Below are positions 37,041-44,658 of a DNA stretch of 64,000 bases, in pieces; the first letter of the stretch is position 1, and every line of letters begins with the position of its first letter. The stretch is from Bacteroidaceae bacterium (GTDB taxonomy: Bacteria; Bacteroidota; Bacteroidia; Bacteroidales; Bacteroidaceae). The notes under the pieces are model-generated. The model saw nothing but the letters and a program-made list of their open reading frames with translations. It had not been told where the DNA came from and made no database searches. The stretch covers positions 7,522 to 71,521 of the forward strand of contig JBMNUT010000005.1 in the NCBI GenBank assembly GCA_050946375.1. The letters are read 5' to 3'. The translations under genes and the position numbers were made by a program.

Positions 37041-39209
37041 ATGAGAAAACTTTCTCTCTTATTGGCTTCTTTCCTTTTATGTCTGAACTTTGCGGCGCTC
37101 CCGGCCCAGGAGAAAGACACATCGGTTTATGGTAAAATGGATGCCGTACTGCGCCTGCAGCTCCGCCGGGCCGGTTACGAAGCGGCCGACGGTGTGCTCA
37201 AGCGGAGCGCGTCGCCTGCACGTCGGGCGCAGGCCGATACGGTTTTCCACCTGCTCGTGCGTTGTACGGACAGCGAGGCGCTTACCGAAACCTTGCGGGC
37301 CGACGGCTACGAGGCGCACCCGATTGTACCCAACCTGTGCGTGGTCCGCACATCCGCCTCAAGGCTTTCCCGTCTGGCCGGGTATGCCGGTGTGGAGCAG
37401 CTCTGCGGAAGCCGGAAGGCGCACCTCATGATAGACGTCTCGCGCTCGCTGACGGGCATGGACCGCGTGGGGACGGGCGACGGACTGGACTCGCCTTTCG
37501 ACGGAACGGGCGTCGTGGCAGGTGTTATAGACCAAGGCTTTGAATATAATCATCCTGCCTTTTCCACTCCGGAAGGCGAATTGCGCATTAAATACCTGTG
37601 GGATGAGAGGCAGGGCCATGAGCCTTTGACGGATCCGGACAGCATCCGGATGGCGGAAAACGATGGTCCCGACGAGATTGGCCACGCCACTCATGTGGCA
37701 AACATCGCGGCCGGAAGCCCGGTTGCGGGAGCGGAAGAGTTGCACGGTTATGCCCCCGGGGCTGACTTGGCCTTCGTTTCTTCCTCTTTTCAGGAGGGCG
37801 AAATTTTGGTAGCTGCGCGGCGTATAATCGACCAGGCGCATCGGTTGGGAAAACCATGCGTCATCAACATGAGTTTCGGAGGCAACGTTTATTCTCACGA
37901 CGGGTTGACTCCTTTTGAACAGGCTTTCAATGAGATGGCCGGCGAAGGGGTTCTCTTTGCGGCTTCAGTGGGAAACTGCGGGACGTATTCCGTACATGTC
38001 GAAAAGCGTTTCGCTTCGGAGCGCGACACGCTGCGCCTGCTTCTCGAACCCAATGGCTCGGAAGTATTATGCTGCTTATTCAGGCACGACGGGGAGCAGG
38101 AAATTAGTTATGTGCTTTCTCTTTACGACCTTCAGCGGCAGGCGGTATATGATCTGGATCCGGAAGAATTGCTTGATGGCGGCTATCTGTCTTTGGAAAG
38201 TGAATACAATACTTCCGCCGACGGGCAGTGCTACCTGTTCGTGGATTGGGCGCGGTTGGTAGAGGACTGGAAGATGTCGGAAGATTTCCGCCTCATGCTT
38301 TCGATTTACGGCGCTTCTCCCGGCTCTTTGCTGCATGGATGGACTGAACTCAATGCTTATTTTGACGATGGCGGCCGCGAAGATGGCTATTTTACGCAGG
38401 GTGACGATGCTTATACGATAGGTGCACCCTCGTCTGCGGCACGGGTTTTGGCAATCAGTTCCTATGCCAGCCGGAACAAATGGACGAGTTTGAATGGCAC
38501 TTCTTATGTGTCTTCCTGGAATGAACCGGGGAAACTTTCTTATTTCAACTCTGTCGGTCCGATGCTCGATGCGAGCCTGAAGAAGCCGCTTATTACAGCT
38601 CCCGGACAGTTGGTTCTCTCGGCTTTTTCCCGACAGGCTGCAGGAATTCAGGAGAATAAACCGTATGTCGTACGGCGCGTGACGCAGGATGAAACGGATT
38701 ACTACTACGGACTCATGCAGGGCACTTCCATGGCTGCGCCTCAGGTGGCGGGCATTCTGGCCTGCTGGCTGCAGGCTTATCCGCAACTTACGCCCGAAGA
38801 GGCGGAAGAGATAATCCGTTCTACGGCTATCAACGATGACTTTACGGGCAATGTGCGCGAGAATTGGGACCCGTTTTGGGGATATGGCAAGATTGATGCG
38901 TATGCCGGACTGAAAGAATGCCTTGCGCGGGCTGCTTCCGTAGGGCTTAGCGAAGTGGTAGGCAGCGATGAGCCGGTTTCGTTCCGCATTGACGGACGGG
39001 AGGCACGTGTCCTTTTCAACAATGCCGAGGCGGGTGCCGTCGTCAGCGTTTATGCGTTGGGCGGAACGCTGTGCGAGGAACGCCGCCTGCAGGCTGTTCC
39101 CTGCGCTCACGAGGAAGTTGTTTCGCTGGCCGGATATGCACCGGGTTGCTATTTGCTCTCCGTTGAGACGGACAAGGCGCGGGTCGTGCGGAAAATCGTG
39201 CTGCCCTGA
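37041..39209 (+). CDS. S8 (subtilisin) family peptidase with T9SS C-terminal sorting domain
   Basis: Signal peptide MRKLSLLLASFLLCLNFAALPAQ. Catalytic triad contexts AGVIDQGFEYNHPAF (Asp), GHATHVANIAAG (His), GTSMAAPQVAGILA (Ser). C-terminal ~80 aa VSVYALGGTLC...GCYLLSVETDKARVVRKIVLP is typical of a type-A T9SS CTD. Confidence 0.85.
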   Translation: MRKLSLLLASFLLCLNFAALPAQEKDTSVYGKMDAVLRLQLRRAGYEAADGVLKRSASPARRAQADTVFHLLVRCTDSEALTETLRADGYEAHPIVPNLCVVRTSASRLSRLAGYAGVEQLCGSRKAHLMIDVSRSLTGMDRVGTGDGLDSPFDGTGVVAGVIDQGFEYNHPAFSTPEGELRIKYLWDERQGHEPLTDPDSIRMAENDGPDEIGHATHVANIAAGSPVAGAEELHGYAPGADLAFVSSSFQEGEILVAARRIIDQAHRLGKPCVINMSFGGNVYSHDGLTPFEQAFNEMAGEGVLFAASVGNCGTYSVHVEKRFASERDTLRLLLEPNGSEVLCCLFRHDGEQEISYVLSLYDLQRQAVYDLDPEELLDGGYLSLESEYNTSADGQCYLFVDWARLVEDWKMSEDFRLMLSIYGASPGSLLHGWTELNAYFDDGGREDGYFTQGDDAYTIGAPSSAARVLAISSYASRNKWTSLNGTSYVSSWNEPGKLSYFNSVGPMLDASLKKPLITAPGQLVLSAFSRQAAGIQENKPYVVRRVTQDETDYYYGLMQGTSMAAPQVAGILACWLQAYPQLTPEEAEEIIRSTAINDDFTGNVRENWDPFWGYGKIDAYAGLKECLARAASVGLSEVVGSDEPVSFRIDGREARVLFNNAEAGAVVSVYALGGTLCEERRLQAVPCAHEEVVSLAGYAPGCYLLSVETDKARVVRKIVLP

Positions 39210-39235
39210 TTGGGGAAAAGGCACAAGAGTTATGC

Positions 39236-39279
39236 AAAAAAGATGCAAGGGAAATCGGAACAACCCTTGCATCTTTTTT
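39236..39279. terminator. Bidirectional terminator between the convergent S8 peptidase and HTCS genes
   Basis: AAAAAAGATGCAAGGG (39236-39251) / CCCTTGCATCTTTTTT (39264-39279): a 16-bp stem with an A-run and a T-run on either side. Confidence 0.8.
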
Positions 39280-39296
39280 GTGTAAGCCTTGCTGCT

Positions 39297-42074
39297 TTAT
39301 TTCTTGCGGCGCAGGAAATCGGTGGGACTCTCGCCGAAGTATTCCTTGTAGCTGCGGGTGAAGTAGGACGGCGAGGCAAAGCCCGTTTCGTAGGCCACTT
39401 CGGCTATGGTCTTGTCCGTACTGCTCAGCAGTTGGGAGGCGCGGCGCAGTCGGGCTATGCGCAGTAGCTCGTTGGGCGAATGGTTGGTGAGTGCCTTGAG
39501 CTTGCGGTAGAGCTGTACGCGGCTCATGCCCATGCTCGTGCCGAGTTCCTCGACCGTCAGGTCGGAATCGGCGAGGCGCTTCTCGATGAGTTCCCTGAAA
39601 CGCTCGAGAAATGACTTGTCGACTTTTCCGATTCCGCTCTTGGGAAGTATGGCTTCGTCGGTGAAGATTTCCCGTAGTTTCTTCCTGTTTTCGAGCAGAT
39701 TGCGCACGCGCGTCTTTAGCAGACGCGGGTTGAATGGCTTTTCCATGTAGGAGTCGGCCCCCATTTCGAAGCCTTTGATGCGGTCTTCCTCGCGTGCATA
39801 GGCGGTGAGCATGAGGATGGGGATGTGGGAAGTCTGGGGCTCCTGCTTGAGAATCCGGCAGCATTCCGTTCCGTTCATGCGGGGCATCATGATGTCGCAC
39901 ACGATGAGGTCGGGCACGTACTGTATGGCTTTGCGCACGCCCTCCTGGCCGTCTTCGGCTTCCAGCAGGTTATATTCCTCGCCGAGCAGGGTGCGGAGCA
40001 GGAAGCGCATGTCGGCATTGTCGTCGATGACGAGTATGGTTTCGCGCCCGTTGGGGTTCTCTTCGGGGAGAAGAGCGTCGGTCGTTTCCGTCTTGTCCGT
40101 GGGGACGGGTTCTTCCGCTTTGATGTTTTCGAGCAGGGAGGAAGTGGCCGTAGCCTCTTGCCGGGCGGGTAGCTGGGACGGCTGCGGGCGTCCGGCAGAA
40201 GCGGGGAAGACGATGATGAAGCGGCTGCCGCTCTTTTCGCGGCTTTCTACGCTGATGTGCCCGTGGTGCAGCTCGACGAAGGCTTTGACTACGGCCAGTC
40301 CGATGCCCGAGCCTGCATGGTGGGTGTCGGCGGTGTAGAACTGTTCGAAGATGTGCTGTACGTGTTCTACGGCGATGCCCGTGCCCGTGTCGCTCACGCA
40401 GAGGCGTATGTCGTTCCCTTCGCGGGTGAGGCTGACGGTGACGGTGCCGTTTTCGGGGGTGAAGCGGATGGCATTGGACAGCAGGTTGAAGTAGATGCGC
40501 TCCATTTTGTCGGCGTCGGCCATCATCCAGAAGTCCTCTTTTCCGCTGTCGTTCACTTCGAGTTTGAAATTGATGTGCTTCTTCAGCGCCAGCGTGCGGA
40601 ATGCCTGGCTCCATTCCTCTATGTGTGCTCTCAGGTCGATGGGGGCAAGGTGCAGTTCGAGCTGGCGGGTTTCGTATTTGCGGAAGTCGAGTATCTGGTT
40701 GACCAGGCGCTTCAGGATGAGTGTGTTCTTGCGGATGAGCTGGAGGAGCTTGCGCGGTTCGGGCGGGACCGATTTGTCTTCGAGTAGTTCCTCTACGGGT
40801 GTGAGCACAAGCGTCAGCGGAGTGCGGAAATCATGGGATACGTTGGTGAAGAAGGACAGCTGGGCGTGTGTCGTCTCTTCCATCTGTTTGGAAAGGTCGA
40901 CCAGGCGGTTGCGCTGTTCTTCGAGCTGTTTTTTCTGGAGGAACAGCTCTTTGTTCATCCGCGCCTTCACTTGGTAGGCACGGACTATGAAGGCGAGCAG
41001 GGCGGCCAGCAGGAGCAGCACGGTCAGGCAGGCGGCCAGCAGGAGTTGTTGCGTGGTAGTGCGCGAGAGGTAGCCGCTGATGAGCTGGTTGAGGTACTCG
41101 ATTTTGCGGTCTTGCTCGTTGATGTGCTCGGTTTGCAGCTGCATTACGCGCACATTGCTGGAGTCTATCAGCGCAGTGGAGAGGAGCGTTTCGCGTTTGA
41201 AGGGCTTGTTTTGCAAAATGTTGAGCGCAAGTCGCAAAATCTTGTCGCCGTCGGTGGGATTGACGAAGGTGGCGTCGAGAATGCCCTGGGCCACGAGGTC
41301 GATTCCCTGTCCTCTTCCCGAGATGGCGTCGGTGCCGATGAAGCGGATATGGTTGTGGGGATTGAGTTTGTGGGCCGCTTTCCAGGCACCGAGGGCCATG
41401 CGGTCGTTGTGGGCTACGATGAGATCAACTTTGGGGTAAATCTTCAGGAGCGAATCGGCTACCCTTTCGGCTATATCCTGGTTCCAAAGCGCATCGACGC
41501 GGGCGAGAATGTGGATGTTCGGGCTTCCTTTGAGCACTTCTTCCAGGCCTTCCTGGCGTTCGGTGGCCGTGGTGGAGAGTTTGCGCCCGGTAATTTCCAG
41601 AATGTTGCCCTGGTCGTGAAGCCGATTGCGGACGTAGTTGCCGATATCGCGGCCTATCTGCCGGTTGTCGGCTCCGATGTAGGCCGTGTAGTGGGGTGTT
41701 CGGGCTTTCCGGTCGATAAGAATTACGGGAATCCCGGCCTTATAGACTTCTTCGATGATGGGGGTCAGCGGGAGCGATTCGTTGGGAGAGATGATGAGGA
41801 GGTCGACTCCCTGTGCGATGAGGCTCCGTATGTCTTCAATCTGTTCGTGGCTGTCGTCGTGCGCATTGCGTATGTCGACGGTCACATCTTCCAGTATGAG
41901 CGCTTCACGCTGGATTTCGCGGTTCATTTTTGCGCGCCATTCGTCGTCGCTGCATTGGGATACCCCGATGAGGTACTCCGATTCTTCGTCATGGCAGGCA
42001 GATAGGGTTATTATCCCTGACGCAAGCACGGCAAGAGACAGCAGGCGCGTCAAGGAGCGGATCTTTTTCTTCAT
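39297..42074 (-). CDS. Hybrid two-component system sensor kinase/response regulator (HTCS) with a periplasmic sugar-binding-protein-type sensor and AraC HTH
   Basis: Lipoprotein-like signal ...ITLSACHDEE. PBP type-I fold segment LIGVSQCSDDEW...GVDLLIISPNE...GIPVILIDR. TM helix; HisKA FFTNVSHDFRTPLTL; HATPase VSDTGTGIAVEH; REC ILVIDDNADMRFLL...VCDIMMPRMNG; AraC-type HTH FASPSYFTRSYKEYFGESP. Confidence 0.9.
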   Translation of the reverse strand: MKKKIRSLTRLLSLAVLASGIITLSACHDEESEYLIGVSQCSDDEWRAKMNREIQREALILEDVTVDIRNAHDDSHEQIEDIRSLIAQGVDLLIISPNESLPLTPIIEEVYKAGIPVILIDRKARTPHYTAYIGADNRQIGRDIGNYVRNRLHDQGNILEITGRKLSTTATERQEGLEEVLKGSPNIHILARVDALWNQDIAERVADSLLKIYPKVDLIVAHNDRMALGAWKAAHKLNPHNHIRFIGTDAISGRGQGIDLVAQGILDATFVNPTDGDKILRLALNILQNKPFKRETLLSTALIDSSNVRVMQLQTEHINEQDRKIEYLNQLISGYLSRTTTQQLLLAACLTVLLLLAALLAFIVRAYQVKARMNKELFLQKKQLEEQRNRLVDLSKQMEETTHAQLSFFTNVSHDFRTPLTLVLTPVEELLEDKSVPPEPRKLLQLIRKNTLILKRLVNQILDFRKYETRQLELHLAPIDLRAHIEEWSQAFRTLALKKHINFKLEVNDSGKEDFWMMADADKMERIYFNLLSNAIRFTPENGTVTVSLTREGNDIRLCVSDTGTGIAVEHVQHIFEQFYTADTHHAGSGIGLAVVKAFVELHHGHISVESREKSGSRFIIVFPASAGRPQPSQLPARQEATATSSLLENIKAEEPVPTDKTETTDALLPEENPNGRETILVIDDNADMRFLLRTLLGEEYNLLEAEDGQEGVRKAIQYVPDLIVCDIMMPRMNGTECCRILKQEPQTSHIPILMLTAYAREEDRIKGFEMGADSYMEKPFNPRLLKTRVRNLLENRKKLREIFTDEAILPKSGIGKVDKSFLERFRELIEKRLADSDLTVEELGTSMGMSRVQLYRKLKALTNHSPNELLRIARLRRASQLLSSTDKTIAEVAYETGFASPSYFTRSYKEYFGESPTDFLRRKK

Positions 42075-42622
42075 TTTCCAAAGGTAGGGGAAACGGTTGG
42101 ATTCTCCAAGCCGAAGGCGACAAAATGCTACTTTTTCTCCGAAAAGGAATATATTTTGTTTATGATAAACGGCCTTTTGTCCTTCCTGCAGCTACTGCCT
42201 GTTCGGGTACGTATGCACCAATTCCACCCCTTGGGCCCTCTCCCCGGGAGTAGGGGAGAGGAGGGGTTTCACTCAATGTTATTATGAAGAAAAAGATTCC
42301 AAATGAAAAGGCTTTTCCCGCTTCCGGCGGGTCCGGAGCCTTCTTCCGGGGAGCCGGAGCGCTTCGTGTCGCTTGTGGATGAAAAACTCCTCACGGAGGT
42401 TTCTCGGACAATCAGCGCATTCCGGCTTTTCGCGTGTCGTACCTATTGAGAATTGTGAAGCGGATGAGTTTTCCGTGTCACCCGTCTTGTTTGTATTTGC
42501 GTGTAGACCGGGTTCCTTTTTTCGACGGCAAAAGTAGTGAGTTGCCTGCATGTACTTTATCACACATGTTGCAGGAACTGTCTGATATGTTTCAGTGTAA
42601 CATAAGTGCAAGTATATGTAAC

Positions 42623-42740
42623 AAAAGGAACTCCCGGCGCTTTGTGTGGAAAGTGCCCGGACTTTGCGGCAGAAGGCGCGGGGCTTTTTTCGCGGCGGGG
42701 AAAGGCTTTGGTGCAGACTGCCCTCCGCTTTGTTGCGGGC
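42623..42740. repeat. Degenerate repeat-family units in the mscS-HTCS gap
   Basis: GGAAAGTGCCCGGACTTTGCGGC, AGAAGGCGCGGGGCTTTTTTCGCGGC, GGGGAAAGGCTTTGG... Confidence 0.45.
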
Positions 42741-42743
42741 GCA

Positions 42744-42895
42744 GGGGAGAGGCGGAAAAATCGGTTGCGACAATTCGGGAAAGCCGCTGTGTTCCCGCAA
42801 AAAAAGGGCCGAGGAGCAGACCGCATGTGGAGTTGCTCTCCCGACGTCGGGGAAGTGATTTTTTTAAGTGGGTTGGGTGAAGTACGTAGGTAAGC
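42744..42895. repeat. Decayed copy 1 of a ~175-bp tandem duplication (mscS 3' end + terminator + repeat units)
   Basis: Aligns by eye at roughly 85% with 42917-43072: GGGGAGAGG..GGTTGCGRCAATTCGGGAAAGCCGYTGTGTTCCCGYAAAAAAAG..GAGCAGNCCGCATGTGGAGYTGCTC...GAAGTACGNAGGTAAG. Confidence 0.75.
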
Positions 42896-42916
42896 TGCCT
42901 TGTTTTGCCCGGACGT

Positions 42917-43072
42917 GGGGGAGAGGTGGGGAAAGCGGTTGCGGCAATTCGGGAAAGCCGTTGTGTTCCCGTAAAAAAAGAAGCGGGGGAGCAGTCCGCA
43001 TGTGGAGCTGCTCCCCCGCCGTTTGGGATAGGGTTATTCTTTTACGATAACCTGGTTGAAGTACGGGTAAGG
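42917..43072. repeat. Copy 2 of the tandem duplication (the functional mscS 3' end and terminator)
   Basis: See copy 1. The offset between copies is 173-179 bp, varying with small indels. Confidence 0.75.
42970..43019 (-). terminator. Rho-independent terminator of mscS
   Basis: GCGGGGGAGCAG (42983-42994) / CTGCTCCCCCGC (43008-43019). On the minus strand it is followed by TTCTTTTTTTAC. Lies 15 nt after the mscS stop. Confidence 0.85.
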
Positions 43073-43909
43073 TATTTCTATGTTTTCGCGGTCGAAGCAT
43101 TCCTTGATGCTCTTCAGCAGGTCGCACTTCAGGGCGTAGGCATTGGCCGAGCTGGAGGCCCATGCCCATGCCCTCAGCGTTATGGCCGAGTCGCCCAGGT
43201 TGGTCACCCGTATTACGACTTGCTCTTCCCCGTTCTTTTTCCCTTCTTCCGTACGGCGGTCTATGAGCAAGGGGTGCTTCATGATTTCCGCACGCATCAG
43301 CTGCATGGCCCGGTTGAGGTCGGTGGTGTACGATACGCCTATGTCGATAAACGAGCATACTGCCTGGTCGCCGATGGTGGAGTTTATGATGGAAGCCGTG
43401 TTCATCGTGCTGTTGGGGACGATAATCATGCGGTTTTCGGTGTTCCGTATTACGGTATGGCGCAGGGTGATTTCGGTGACGGTCCCGGTGATGTTTTGGT
43501 CGACTTGTATGTAATCGCCGATTCGGAAGGGTTTGGAAAAGGCTATGAACATGCCGCTCACGATGTTTTTCAGTGCCTCTTGCGATGCCAGACCTACGGC
43601 CATGGCGGCGATACCGGCACCGGCCAGTATGGATTTACTGATTTGTTCCATGCCCGGGATGAGGGCCAGGAAGGCGGTGATACCTACTATATATAAGGTA
43701 TATACGATTACGTGTTGGAAGAAGCTGAGGTTGCTCTTCTCGGCGTCGAGCTTCCCTTTCCGCCTGATATGCTGGCGGAAGAGGTACTTCACCAATAAAA
43801 CAGCGCCTTGCGTGAAGATATAAATCAGCAGGGCCTTAACGACAAACGAAAGAGCGGTGCCCAGTCGTACTCCTAATACGGTGGTGTTGAAAATTTCTTG
43901 TAAATCCAT
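43034..43909 (-). CDS. mscS: Small-conductance mechanosensitive channel (MscS family)
   Basis: GLASQEALKNIVSGMFIAFSKPFRIGDYIQV is the MscS pore/beta-domain junction, and there are three N-terminal TM helices. ORF-track TTG at 43948 lies inside the predicted -7 box, so I prefer the ATG at 43909 (MDLQEIF...). Confidence 0.85.
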   Translation of the reverse strand: MDLQEIFNTTVLGVRLGTALSFVVKALLIYIFTQGAVLLVKYLFRQHIRRKGKLDAEKSNLSFFQHVIVYTLYIVGITAFLALIPGMEQISKSILAGAGIAAMAVGLASQEALKNIVSGMFIAFSKPFRIGDYIQVDQNITGTVTEITLRHTVIRNTENRMIIVPNSTMNTASIINSTIGDQAVCSFIDIGVSYTTDLNRAMQLMRAEIMKHPLLIDRRTEEGKKNGEEQVVIRVTNLGDSAITLRAWAWASSSANAYALKCDLLKSIKECFDRENIEIPYPYFNQVIVKE

Positions 43910-43945
43910 AGGAAAATATGCATTAAATTCTGTAATATTGCGTCG

Positions 43946-43953
43946 CAAAAATA
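43946..43953 (-). promoter_or_regulatory. -7 box TATTTTTG for mscS
   Basis: The reverse complement of 43946-43953 is TATTTTTG; 36 nt upstream of the ATG at 43909. Confidence 0.4.
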
Positions 43954-44009
43954 AGTGCTTTCTTCAAGAATGCCAAGAATAGTTGCCGAACTTTAGTTTT
44001 CAAGAAGTT

Positions 44010-44543
44010 ATGGACTACATGAAAATTATATCCAAATATTATCCGGATGATGAGGCCCGTGAGATTTTGGTGGTGCACAGCCGCAGCGTTACTCAGAAGG
44101 CTTTGGAGATTGCGGCCCGCCATCCGGAGCTGAACATCGATACCGCGTTTGTGGAAGAGGCCGCCATGCTGCACGATATCGGCATCTTCCGCACCGATGC
44201 GCCGGGCATTAAGTGCTATGGGAAGTATCCTTATCTCTGCCACGGCTATCTGGGGGCCGATCTCATGCGTGAGGAGGGCTATCCCCGCCATGCCTTGGTC
44301 TGCGAACGGCATACGGGGGCAGGAATTTCGCTGGCCGATATCCAGATGAGCCAGCTTCCCCTCCCACAACGCGATATGGTCCCGCAATCAATTGAGGAAC
44401 AGTTGATTTGTTTCTCCGACAAGTTCTACTCGAAAACCCACCTCGACCGCGAAAAGACCGTGGAGCAGGCCCGCAGGAGCCTGGCGCGGTATGGCGGAGA
44501 CGGGCTGAAGCGTTTCGACAAGTGGTGTGCCCTTTTTCTGTAG
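44010..44543 (+). CDS. HD-domain phosphohydrolase
   Basis: ORF 43983 (TTG) trimmed to the ATG at 44010. HD residues in VVHSRSV...AAMLHDIGIF...CERHTGAGI; ~177 aa. Confidence 0.7.
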   Translation: MDYMKIISKYYPDDEAREILVVHSRSVTQKALEIAARHPELNIDTAFVEEAAMLHDIGIFRTDAPGIKCYGKYPYLCHGYLGADLMREEGYPRHALVCERHTGAGISLADIQMSQLPLPQRDMVPQSIEEQLICFSDKFYSKTHLDREKTVEQARRSLARYGGDGLKRFDKWCALFL

Positions 44544-44612
44544 CGCGGCGGAATGTCGGACGAAAAAATACTTAAAAACCAACGTATGCCCCGATAATTC
44601 ACTAAGATTGCC

Positions 44613-44620
44613 TAACTTTG
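44613..44620 (+). promoter_or_regulatory. -7 box TAACTTTG for lptD-like gene
   Basis: Exact TAnnTTTG match 38 nt before the ATG at 44659. Confidence 0.4.
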
Positions 44621-44658
44621 CCGCGGAGAACGGAAGCACGTTTTTCCCGACGTTATAA

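Noticed and set aside
42282-42880. Overlapping ORFs of 172 aa (-), 148 aa (+), 88-95 aa and 70 aa in the mscS-HTCS gap.
   Set aside because: They are mutually overlapping in several frames, Arg/Cys/Pro-rich, and span the tandem duplication and repeat units. This behaviour fits non-coding GC-rich DNA.
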